A stretch of 64,000 bases of DNA from Callorhinchus milii (taxonomy: Eukaryota): the NCBI RefSeq assembly GCF_018977255.1, contig NW_024704743.1, positions 115,756,001 to 115,820,000 on the forward strand. The letters run 5' to 3'. The notes under the pieces are model-generated. The model saw only the letters and a list, made by a program, of their open reading frames with translations. It was not told the DNA's origin and made no database searches. Position numbers and translations under genes: made by a program. Shown in pieces: positions 1-11,670 of the stretch (the first letter of the stretch is position 1; the number at the start of each line of letters is the position of its first letter).

Positions 1-559
1 CCTCTTTCCTTCTAGTGGTCTACGTTTTTTTTGGGTGTCCTCCAGTAAAAGTTTCAAATGCACCGGGGGGAGAGGAGGTGGGAAGAGTCAGCACACGCTG
101 AGCAAAATCACATCCTCAACCTGAAATCAATATACATCATCCATTGGGGAGGGTGGGGATTGAATGGGGGTGATCTAGCAATAAGGAGCACAAACCTTGG
201 CTAATTTTCATTCAGCCTCCCCCAAATTCAGGGGCTTCAAAGCCTATTTTAGCACAATACTTGCTGCACTGGTTGAGGTCAATTAGTGATCTCAAGTTGC
301 AGCTGAAGTCAAGGTCTCGTGAGTTGGCCGACCATACGGAGGATATCCCGCTGACAACAGGATTTATGTTCTGGTGGTGAACCGTCTCTGTAACGTTACC
401 TCAAACAAGATGATTTGTTTTTCAATTTGCCATTAAGCCACAGATGGAGTATTATGTCTAGTCTGGGCTACCAGACTATAGAAAAGATGTCAAGTCCATA
501 GAGAAGGTACAGAATCCTGCCACTAGTTCGCTGTTCAGCTTTATTATATATAATAATAT

Positions 560-880
560 TATAATCCTCACATTTAATATAGTGCCTTAACACATCTCAA
601 AGCGCTTCACAGAATTTTTTTTGTAAATTGAATTGACTGTATTTCTGGGTGAAAAGCAGCACAGCAGTGACCCACAAACTGTTGTGAACTCAGTGACCAC
701 ATTTTTGTTGTTGTTTTTGTTATTTTTTTGGAACGATTATTACACCCGGAAAAGCAATCCACCGATTGACAAACAGCCGGGTTCCTACTTACTGCATGTG
801 GAGTAAGAAAATTTGCCCAAGGTTTCATCCCACCTGGGAACCAAACTCGGGTCCTCTCACTTGCTGAGCAGTCTTCAGCT
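560..880 (-). mobile_element. SINE family A, degenerate long form
   Basis: Body and tail similar to other copies. Confidence 0.75.
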
Positions 881-2139
881 GTTCCTTCTGGGCAGGTGAT
901 CTCCAGACACAAGTCTAACACTGGTTCATGAATGTATTTTTGGGGTCGACATTAGTGGTTAGCTGGTCTTTATAGATCTGTTTATCTATAGACCAAATAA
1001 ATTGGTCATTTGCTTCATGGCTCATTGCAGGCCCTTCTGTGTGCATATTTCCTGCTGCACTGCTAATGCTGATTCTTTCTCTTGACCCAGAGTTGGCACT
1101 TGAGTTCTGCACAACAGATCAGCAGTTGTGTTAAGGAAGTGTTAATATTTTTAATAGTAATTATTGCTGGTGATAATTCTGACATTCAATATTGTATTTC
1201 ATCCCTATAGAATATTATAGCATACAAACAGATCATTTAGCCCATCAAGCCTGCACTGGTATTTTTCTCCATCTGAGCCCTGATGGGGCTTGGACCCCCA
1301 GCTTTTTTCAGTTAGTTGAGCAGAGGGGATGACAGAAAAGTGGGTTAAGAGAAGAAATAGAGAGGTGCTAGGGCATGAAGGGATTTTTACGTGAAAGCAA
1401 GAGTCAAGGATTGGGGGAGTCCCAGGGTGTGTGTTGGGGTAACTGCTGGAGATTCTCCAGCTAAATCAGCATAGCTTGCCATTGAGAGCATTGTCTGGCA
1501 AGCTTCCTGCTGCTTGTCCATCTTGGACCACCCTCCCCAAGAGCTTTGGCTTTGTCTTAACAGGAATTGAGTTGGAAGAATCCCTAACCCCAGTCTGCCC
1601 TTCCATGTCCTGCCAATGAGGCAGGTTGGCTGATCTGCCACCAGCAGTGCCTTGTAGTACTGCTGTGCTGCCTGGCTCAGGAACTGGACTACTGAGACCG
1701 TCACAGAGGGTTGGTCAACATTCTCTTACAAAGCACGTCATCTTGGTGCCAGCTCAGCTCAGAGATCCTGCCTACCTTACAACCCCCGCCCTCACACACA
1801 CACACAAGGAAACTAGTTCAACCTGAGTTCTGCTTAAGTCTTGATTGCTGCTTTGGCTGGGATTCAGCTATTTCAGCACAGTCCAGGATTAGAACCTGAA
1901 CCATCCATATGGGTTCATTCTCATCTGAGTGGTGGCTTTGCCAACTAGGCCATCAGGAGGGGGAGGCAAAACCCTGAAAAAGCACATATTTACAATAGAG
2001 CAAGAAACAATGTTAATCTTTGGCTTTTTACTGAGGAAAGGCTGCTCAGGGTTTAACCAGCCAACTGGTTTTCGGACGTTTAATCCAGTGATTTACTTTG
2101 TAGCAGAAACAAAAAAGATAAGTGGCTATAAATAAATAT

Positions 2140-2440
2140 AAAATCCTTGCATTTGAGATAGTGCTTTTTACGTCTTTGAGAAGTTTCAAAGCGCTTCACG
2201 GAATATACTGAAAAGTGAATCGGCTGTATATTTGTCGGCCAAGTGCAGCAGCCAATTGCGCACAGCAGTGTCCCACAAACAGTCGTGGATTGAAATGACC
2301 AATTTATTATTTTTTTTCTTGAGGGATTATTATCAGGCGTGTGGAGTAAAGAAACTTACGCAAGATTTCGCTCTGCCGGTAATCTAACCCAGATTTCTCA
2401 CTTGCGAGGCGAGTGCTTTAACCACTGAGCTACAAGACTG
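2140..2440 (-). mobile_element. SINE family A, short form
   Basis: Reverse complement of the 10040 copy. Confidence 0.85.
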
Positions 2441-4314
2441 CACCAGTATAAAGGACTCCACCATAAGTAGTTAACACAAGTATAAGGGAGTTAAAGAATT
2501 TGCTGAACTTCGAAATAACAGTTCTTTAAATAGCAATTGTGACATGTGCTTAGGCTTCCAAGACAGGACACTCAATATCTCTTTGTTTTGTGGGGTCAGA
2601 CATTGCCTGGAAGCGATATAGTCTCATCCCATTGGGAGACCTCATGACACCACAGATATCAAAGCGTGCAAGGATTAGAATCTCTCAGTGTTCTGTCCGG
2701 CTGATGCAGTCAGCGCCCTGGTAGAAATTTGGTACCCCTTCTATCAGTTTTAAGCCACATCTTCGTGGAATTACCCTTTCAGAAGCTGCATCTTAGTTCT
2801 TTTCCCCAATGGTTGCTTATCTATGAGGTAAGCACAAAGCATGTATTCTTCGTAACTGCAGAAATGAAACACAATAATTTGCTGAGGGTGGACGTGTGCG
2901 GGGTGGAGGTGGTGGGGCTTGAGAGAACCTTTCTCCGAATGTCTCTTGCATTTCTACTTATTTGTAGAATCTGCGAGGAGCCAGTGCTGTCAGCGTTATG
3001 CTTTTCTTTGTTGAGAAACTGAGGTGAAAGGGTCAAGGTCACAGTGCAGGGCACCAGAAAAGTTGCAAAGTGAAGGAATGCGGGTGAGATAAATTAAGAA
3101 GTAATAGATAATAGGACTGCAAGCCTGGATTTTTAAAGCCAGTAGATTGCAGGAGAGAAAGGGACTGCAGGATGAAAGATTCATATCAAGAAACCCGGGG
3201 TTCTAGTTTGCGATATTTGCAGAAGGGGCTAATTTGAGTCTCTAGGATTGGATTAGAATCATAGAACCATAGAAATTAATGGCCATTCGATTTCTGAAAG
3301 CTGATACAGTACAAAGAAAGGCCTTTTTGGGGAAATGGCATTTTGCTCTGCAGCCTTTTATTTCACATGTAGGTGGTTTAGGAAATCATAATAATTATTA
3401 TTACATTTGGTGTAGCGTCTTATCATATTGTTGAGATGTTTCAGAGCGCTCCACTGGATTTTACTTTCAAGTTTTGTGAGTCATTTGTAGGTGAATGTGT
3501 TTGCCAATTTGTGCACAGCAAGATCTCACAAATAGCTGTGAATAATAATAATCCTTGCATTTGATATAGTGCCTTATGACGTCATTGAGACGTCTCAAAG
3601 CTCCTCACGGGATATACTGTAAAGTGGATTGACGATTTTATGGGGCAAAATGAGGTAGCCAGTTTGTGCACCATAATATCACACAAACAGCCATGGAGTG
3701 AGTGACCAAATTTATTTGGGGGATTTATTGGTCAGGACGCTGGGAGAAACTCTTTTTTTTGAGCAGTGTCATATCTTTAACGTCCATCTAAACAGATGGA
3801 TAGTTTAACATCTCACCGGAAGGACAACTAGTAACAGATATTTGTACACTATTTCTGAATCATGTTACACTGGGTCTAATTCAGAACATGGGCTAGCCAC
3901 ATAATGATTGTTGGATTCATTGCAGAGAGGATTAAGAGCATGTAATATGGCTATGTGCAATAATGCTTAGGAACATGAGAAGAAAGTAAAGAGGGAGATA
4001 ATCATGTTCGTAACAAAGACAAAAGTGGATTGAAATGACGGGGTGGGGGAGAAAGAGAGAAAGTAAGAGGTTGTAGGCTAGAGGTGTGCAGGCTTGAGGC
4101 AAAAGAAGTAGCACTGATAAGACAAGCGACTACTTTAACTTGTGTCATGTCTTGGATTGTGTGGTTTAAGAACTGCCTTGTTAGGAGGGGAGCAGAATTC
4201 AAGTGTTGGATGCACTCAGACTTTATATTAGAGAGTTGAGGGAAAGGGAACGTTTGGCACACAAACATTTTGCTGTCACCATGATTCAGAGAAGCAAGTT
4301 ATAACAAACGATAC

Positions 4315-4730
4315 AAATTCTTTCATTTGATACTCCTTATCACATCCAATGTCTAAAAGTGCTTCAGAGTTTTTTTTCTGTAAAGTGTAGTGACTGTGTA
4401 TTGGTAGAAAACACTGCCGAATAAACAGTCTAGAAGCTAATGGACATTTTTTTTAATCTGGGGGATTGCTAGCCAGGACACGGGAACAAACTACTTTTTC
4501 TTTTTGAATAGTGTCATAGGATCTTTAACTTCCACCTGAACAGGCAAACCTGACCTCAGTTTGACGTCTCATACGAAAGACGACACCTATGACAACGTAG
4601 CACTCCGCTAGCTCTGCATTAGAGTGTATTTCTAGACTACGCGCTCAAAAAGTCCTGACGTGGGGTTTGAACATACAGCCTTTCAACTTGGAAGCATGAG
4701 TGTTACCAAATAAGCCAAGCTGACAAAGTT
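4315..4730 (-). mobile_element. Older Deu-domain SINE (family B, SacSINE/AmnSINE-like)
   Basis: Contains the reverse complement of gtggatgttaaagatcccatggcactatt, a different tRNA-like head (gtcagcttggct...ggtaacactc) and an L2-like tail. Confidence 0.75.
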
Positions 4731-5149
4731 CCAATTTGGGGGCAGGACATTAACTGGATGACGTGTGTGAAGGTCAGTAAACCCGACCTTAATCTTGGAC
4801 CTACTGCAAGGTTTTCAGCAAAATGTGCCTTAAATGCAATTTTCCAGTCTAAACAACCAGATCTCAGTCAAAATCTTTCGAACAGGCTGTGTTTTTCCAC
4901 TATCTGTTATGGGTAATTCTGGGATGACGCCAACACAATGCAGAAATACAGGCAGGTTTTAATGAGTTTCATTGGTACAAAAACAGTCAGAACACTTAAC
5001 GAACTATTGTGAAGAGCTATGAGACGTTCTGATTTGTTAAGGGGCTATAAATATGCAAGGTCTTTCTTCTTTTAAGCTTTTATTAAGGGAACTCATAAGT
5101 CTAGGCTGACACTCCAATGCGGTGCTAAGGGTATCCAAACCTGACCTGG

Positions 5150-5278
5150 ACAAAAAATATGTGTGTTTCTATATCTGTGGGCTGATGTGTGGTTTTGCTG
5201 TATGTGTGGTGTTGGTATGTGGGGTTGGTATTTATGTGTGCGCGTATCCAGGTGATGTGTGTGAGCGCACGCATGTGC

Positions 5279-5324
<46 letters not shown>

Positions 5325-5480
5325 GCAAGCATGGATGTTTGCCTGCAAACGAGCATGTGAGTTCAAGCATGCGTGCACGTATGTGTGGGATGGGGTGTCT
5401 CTGTGTGCAAATTAATACGTGTTTGTGGGATGACATGGGTGAGTGTGCATGTGGGGATTTGTGGGAATGTGCATGTGGGG
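5150..5480. repeat. (GT)n microsatellite with degenerate flanks
   Basis: Pure GT run at about 5281-5322. Confidence 0.95.
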
Positions 5481-5964
5481 CTATTACAGATAGATTTGAA
5501 GAATTGGATGTGATCCCTTTAATTTCTGTATACTCCTAAAACGACTCTGTTACAGAGCCAGCAGCCAACACAATGACTGAATGTTAGAAGAACTCACTTC
5601 AGTCAAACAGAAACCAGCAGCTTTTGCACAGCGGGTAGTTTGGTGCCTATCAGCCACTTGAAATCCCTTCACCTTTCACCCTCCTCTCTCTACTTTCAAA
5701 TTCTGTCTAGAAACCTATCTCTTTGAATGCGCATTCAGTCACCTCCCTCCAATAATCCCACCCATCTCCCTCCCTGGTCATGTTCTCACCCCATCACTCT
5801 AAAATGGCTCTCCGCCATGAGATGAGCCTTGCAACATAAACCTGTCCATCAGACCAATGTGCAAGATGCTCAGCTCTGAGGTGATCTCACATCTCCGGGG
5901 TTGATGTGGCACATATGGGATTCCAGATTAAAAATACAAAGAGTCCCACGTACCTCATAAGGCG

Positions 5965-6255
5965 TCTTTTCCTTACTCCACATGCCTCTGTTTACCTAGC
6001 AATAAGTAGGAACCTGGTTGTTAGTTGATTGGCAGATTGCTTTTCTGGGGGTAATAAACCCAATAAATAAATAATAATTATTATTATCCACGACTATTTG
6101 TGGGACACTGATGTGCGCAATTGGTTTCCGCATTTCGCTCGCAAAATATACAATCAATTCACCTTGCAGTATATTCCGTGAAGTGCTTTGAGATGTCTTG
6201 AAGACACCATAAGGTGCTATACCAAATGCAAGAATTATTATTAATAATATTATTA
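5965..6255 (+). mobile_element. SINE family A, 5'-truncated long form
   Basis: Begins ttccttactccacatgcctctgtttacctagc and ends in an (ATT)n tail. Confidence 0.8.
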
Positions 6256-6761
6256 TTAGACCGATGTAATTATGTACTGGGGCTATGGCTGAGGCAGTAT
6301 CTTTGGGATGTATACATTCCTGTCACAGGAAACCAGGTCCTCATTTGCTCTGGTTGTGTCCAAGTATTTGTCTCTAGTGTACAGAAGCAGCTAAATGCTA
6401 CACTAAGGACTCATTTATAACAAACCCTGAAGCTTTTCATCATAAGAGATCACAAGAGAGGTTTGGATGAAGAAGGTCCTTCAGATCATTTACCCTCTTC
6501 CTTCCAGAATAACAATCCTACTGTATTCCTGTTATAATATGAAAGGACAGAAATTGCTCATGATTGTAGCCTTAAGATCATTGCTATTGAATTTTCCAAA
6601 TTTCTGTGCGATCTTACATTTTGCCTTTAAAATTCGACACTGTTCTAATCACTAGCATTCCAAAAAAATCCCCTTATAAATTTCAAATTCAAAAAGACCA
6701 GTCAGTGTCAATAAAAATAATAATCCTCTCATTTGAAATAGCACCTTGTCACGTCTTCAAT

Positions 6762-7475
6762 CCGCACCACAACTGGCACCGCCTTCCACCACCTCCGGAA
6801 CATCGCCAGACTACAGCACTACCTCACCCCTCACGCTGCTGAAACTCTGGTCCACACCTTTATCACCTCAAGGCTGGACTACAGGAACTCTCTCCTCTTC
6901 GGCCTTCCTATCACCTCCCTCCACAAGCTGCAGATCATTCAGAACTCTGCAGCTCGTGTACTGTCCCGCACCAGGCTTCGTGACCACATCACTCCCACCC
7001 TCGCTCGCCTCCACTGGCTCCCCATCCCCCAGAGGATCGAATTCAAGATCCTCATTCTCACCTACAAGGCCATTCACAGCCTCGCTCCCTCCTACCTCTC
7101 CGACCTACTATCCCCCTACTTACCTGCTCGTATCCTCCATTCCTCTGGCTCCGTCTGCTCCACATCGCCTGCCCCAACCGCCCTACCATCGGTGGCACGG
7201 GCTTTCAGCCTCCCAGCCCCTAGGCTCTGGAACTCCATCCCACAGTGCCTTCGCCTTGCTTCCTCCCTTTCCTCCTTCAAGGCCGGTCTCAAGACCTTTT
7301 TCTTCAACCTTCAGCTCCCCTTTCGACTCTCTACCCCCTCCTCATTCCCTCCCTTCCTTCCCCTCACGCGGACCATTTCCCCCCTGCTCGGGTTCCGACC
7401 CAACTGTCCAGCGCCTTGGGACGTCCTCCCGATGTGAAAGGCGCTCGATAAATCCAATTTTGTTGTTGTTGTTGA
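6762..7475 (+). mobile_element. L2 LINE 3' fragment (ORF2 C-terminus + 3'UTR + (TTG)n)
   Basis: Encodes LQIIQNSAARVL...HITPTLARLHWLPI..RIEFKIL..YKA and [13 protein letters not shown], typical of L2 ORF2 C-termini. Confidence 0.92.
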
Positions 7476-8439
7476 TGATGTCTTCTTATCAATGTTTTTT
7501 TTATTATTGAGTAGCTTGGTTGGTGAAACTGCTTTATCTCTTAGGAGGTGCTCGCTCTGTCCATTGATATTTGTTGTAAAGTCACTTTTGGTTTTATTAG
7601 TCGAAGCAGAGTTTTCCCCATTTTTTGAGGGGCAGGAGAATTGAACTAAGTATTGCCAGTTCCTGGCCTGTATTTTTCCTGTCAATGTAATAATCTCATG
7701 TTTGGCATTGATTCAGTATCTGTTTGGTGATACTCTGCATTGTTGTGTATTTGGTAAGTCCAGGGATGGGGTTGCCATGAATGAATTACTTTATATTTTA
7801 ATTATAACATTTTTATATTAGAATCTATGCAAATAGTTTGTTAGCCTGGTTCAGTTGGTAGCACTCTTACCTCTGAAGCAAAAGGCTGTGGGTTCAAGCC
7901 TCATGTCGGGACTTGGAACTCATATAGTTCCTAAACTGACCCTGCAATTCATTGCTGAGAGGGCCCAACATTTTTGGAGGTGCTGTCCTTCGTAAATTGG
8001 TAAAAGGATAGAAAATAAAGTAAGGACAGATTCAAAGCAAGAATTTGCCTATTTTAGTATCTTGCATAGTCTGCCTGTTCACACGAATGTTAAAGATCCC
8101 ATGGCATGATTTGAAAGAGAAGGGAGTTTCCCCCAATAAAATTGGTCATTCATTTCATGGCTGTTTGCAGTGTGCAGATTGGCTGCCACATTTGCTCGCA
8201 AAATGCACGGTCATTCCGGTTTACTGAATATCCTGCGAAGCACTTCAGGATGTCCTCCTGATGTGAAAGGCGATATTTCAAATGTAAAGTTTATTATTGA
8301 TAATAATAAATACGAAATGGCCTATTATTGGCAGAAAATAATGAAAGAGGCCTTGAAATAAAATACGTTTGACAAACTATTCTAATGAGGAAATTTGTCA
8401 AACTCATCTACCCCTGTGGCTCTTTAGATAACATTGTGC

Positions 8440-9300
8440 CAACAACAACAACTTGCATTTATATAGCACCCTTCACGTGGGCTAGAGACCCGGATCGCTT
8501 GACAGTGGTGGAGTCTGACCACGAGTCAGGGGGAGAAGCGCTATGGGATGTTACCCCTTGTGAAGAGCGCTATGTAAATGCAAGTTGTTGTTGTTGTTGA
8601 GAGGGAGTGGGGAGGTGACCGTAAGCACGCTGAAAAAGGAAGGCCTAGGCGGGTTTTGAATGTGGAGAGGGAGGGGGCAAGGTGGAGCGATTGAGGGAGA
8701 CAGTTCCAGAGTTTAGGGGCATTGTGGCTGAAGGCACAGTCACCAATGGTAGAGCGGAGGGGATGAGCTGCAGAACTCTGCAGCTCGTGTACTGTCCCGC
8801 ACCAGGCTTCGTGACCACATCACTCCCACCCTCGCTCGCCTCCACTGGCTCCCCATCCCCCAGAGGATCGAATTCAAGATCCTCATCCTCACCTACAAGG
8901 CCATTCATGGCTTTGCTCCCTCCTACCTCTCTGACCTACTATCCCCCTACTTACCTGCCCGTACCCTCCGTTCCTCTGGATCTGGTCTGCTCCACATCCC
9001 CCGCCCCAACTGCCCTACCATCGGTGGCCGGGCCTTCAGCCTCTCAGCCCCGAGGCTCTGGAACTCCATCCCCCAGTGCCTTCGCCTTGCTTCCTCTCCA
9101 ATGCCTTGACATCCTTCTTAAAGTGTGGGGCCCAGAACTGAACAAAGTACTCTAGCTGAGGCCTAACCAGTGTTTTATAAAGGTTCATCGTAACTATGTG
9201 GAAGTTGACCCCATGTCTGCAGATGACATGGCTGAGTGGGAGCATGTAGATAAGGAAGAGGACGGGGCCAAGGATGGAGGCCTTTGTGGACACCCTGTAC
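8440..9300. mobile_element. Mosaic of L2 (both strands) and CR1 fragments
   Basis: Minus L2 tail, plus L2 tail, minus L2, plus L2 ORF2 piece, minus CR1 piece, minus L2 RT piece. Confidence 0.85.
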
Positions 9301-10039
9301 CTTCCTATTCACCAGGAGAACTTCCTGATAATCTCTGAAATGATCCATAGAATATCTTTTACAATTTATCGGAGTGCCCAATAATCATGGCTGAATGATG
9401 GCACAAGATTCAAAGTAAAAATTTTAATATTATAGTATCCTTGACAACAATTCCCATGATAAAATTGGTTGTTCAATCATGGGTATGTATGTGGAATATT
9501 GCTATGCGCAAACTACAAAGAGTCACCTCCTATTCCGTTTACCTAACTTCCCTCTCAGGCCTGTTGTGAATTTACATGTGTATATGGTTTTTACCACTTC
9601 CTGCTGCATCTCTGTGAATTACATAAATGCTAATGGAAGTGTAGACAAATTCTGCTATTGTTACTGTGAGATTGTCTATCTAACCTGAGAGGGTAGAACA
9701 CACACCACGTGCACCATTGGACTAGTTAAGTTACAACACTTTTGGGCTAGTTAAGTTATAATAAGCCTTGATACAGAACCTAGAAAGATAAAGCAACTCA
9801 AAGCATTTCATAGGTAGGTAATTTCTATCAAGTGCAGTGATTGTGTATTTTGTAATCGCCAATTTGTGCACAGCAATGTCCCACAAACAGTCATGAAGTG
9901 AATAACCAATTTTATCTGCGGGATTGTTGGCCAGGATACTGGGAGAAACTCCTTTGTCTTTTTGAATAGTATCACAATATCCACCTGAACAGGCAGATGG
10001 GTTCTCTGTTCAATGTCTTACCCAAAGATTTCTTTTCAG

Positions 10040-10366
10040 GAGTCCTGTAGCTCAGTGGTTAGAGCACTCGCTTTGCAAGCGAGAGACCTGAGTTCAATTC
10101 CAGGCAGTGCGAAACCTTGGGCAAGTTTCCTTACTCCACACGCCTTATAATAATCCCTCCAAAACCAAAAAACAATAATAAATTGGTCATTTTCAATCTA
10201 CGACTGTTTGTGGGACATTGCTGTGCGCAATTGGCTGCCGCGTTCGCCCACAAATATATAGTCAATTCACTTTACAGTGTGTTCTGTGAAGCGCTTTGGG
10301 ACGTCCTCCCGACGTGAAAAGCGCTATGTCAACATGCAAGGATTATTATTATTATTATTATTATTA
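10040..10366 (+). mobile_element. tRNA-derived SINE family A, full length, short form
   Basis: A box TAGCTCAGTGG, B box GTTCAATTCC, shared body, L2-like stem-loop tail, (ATT)n end. Confidence 0.9.
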
Positions 10367-10739
10367 ATGGCACCTCTGACAGTGCAGTGCTTTCCCCAAC
10401 ACTGAACTGACTGTGCAGTGGGTAAACCATGTATAAATTATCCGAAAATTAAGGTGCACTGTTATGAGTTTAGCAAACCAATTCTTTTCAGGATAGCATT
10501 GGGCTCAGCTGATGTCTCTGTCAAATGTTTTCAGCTTAGGAGGAACAGAGAAAATAGGAGGAAAAAAATTGACAGACTCACCTTCCACTCCCACCATCCT
10601 TATCATGGAATCCTAGCATGTTACAGCACAGAATGTAATACTGACAATCAATCCTCCAGGTTATTCGGTCATTCATCTCGTAACTGTCTGTGGGACTTTG
10701 CTGTGTGCAAAAATGGAAGCTGCATTTGCCTCCAAAAAG

Positions 10740-10970
10740 CAACAACAACAACAACAACAAGATTCCATTTATAAAGCGCCTTTCACGTCAGGAGGACGTC
10801 CCAAGGCGCTGCACAGTTGGGTCATGACCCGAGCAGGGGGGAAATGGTCAGGGTGAGGGGAGGAAAGGGAGGGAGCGAGGAGGGGGGAAATGGTCAGGGT
10901 GAGGGGAGGGAAGGGAGGGAGCGAGAAGGGGGAAGAGAGTCGAGAGGGGAGCTGAAGGCTCGGTCAAAGA
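10740..10970 (-). mobile_element. L2 3'UTR/tail with an internal ~43-bp tandem duplication
   Basis: Matches the 7310-7475 tail; gggggaaatggtcagggtgaggggagg occurs twice. Confidence 0.85.
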
Positions 10971-11269
10971 GAACGAATCACTATGTGGCTGGACATTAAC
11001 TTGAAGTTAACTTGAAGCTCTTTGAGACATTTTGGAGCTACAGGCAATAAAAAACTGTATTGATTTGTGGTATTTCTTAAAACTACTAGAATTCAGGTCG
11101 ACCTACACAAATGCCACTCCAGAGGTAGGAGTCCCCATTTGCTTGACTCGAGATTACAAATTAGACCCCATTTAGAGTATTCAATCATATTCTCACCACT
11201 GAAAATAGAAATAATAATGCGGTGTCTTTCTTTTCATAAAAACAAGCCATGATAAAAAATATATTTGGT

Positions 11270-11670
11270 ATATCCTTACATGGAGGACGTCTCAAAGAGC
11301 TTCACAGAAATATACTCTAACATGTAGTGACTATCTGTAGGCAGAAGTGGCAGCCAAGTTGCACACAGCAATGTCTCATAAACAGCCGTGAAGTGAATGG
11401 GCAATTTAATTTGGGGGATTGTTGGCCAGAACACTGGAAGAAATGCCCTTCTCTTCTTGAGTCATGTCATGGAATCTTCAGCCTCCACTTGGACAGACAA
11501 TTTACAATCTCATCCAAAGGATGACACCTCCGATAATGCAACCCCCCACCCCAAACGCTACATTGGAGTATGAGCCTAGACTGTATGAGCTCAATATCCC
11601 AATGCAACACATGAACCCACGACTTTCTGTCTCGAGAGCTGAGCGTGTTACCAACTGAGCCAGGCTGTCA
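11270..11670 (-). mobile_element. Deu-domain SINE family B
   Basis: Same architecture as the 4315 copy. Confidence 0.72.

Noticed and set aside
6746..7510. 254-aa Ser/Pro-rich ORF
   Set aside because: An alternate reading frame of a C-rich L2 fragment
10040..10112. tRNA-Ala-like gene (and similar heads at 14346, 33489, 34685, 47088 and 60625)
   Set aside because: Each continues into the same SINE body, the anticodon loops vary between copies, and there is no poly-T terminator or clean acceptor end. These are SINE heads, not tRNA genes.
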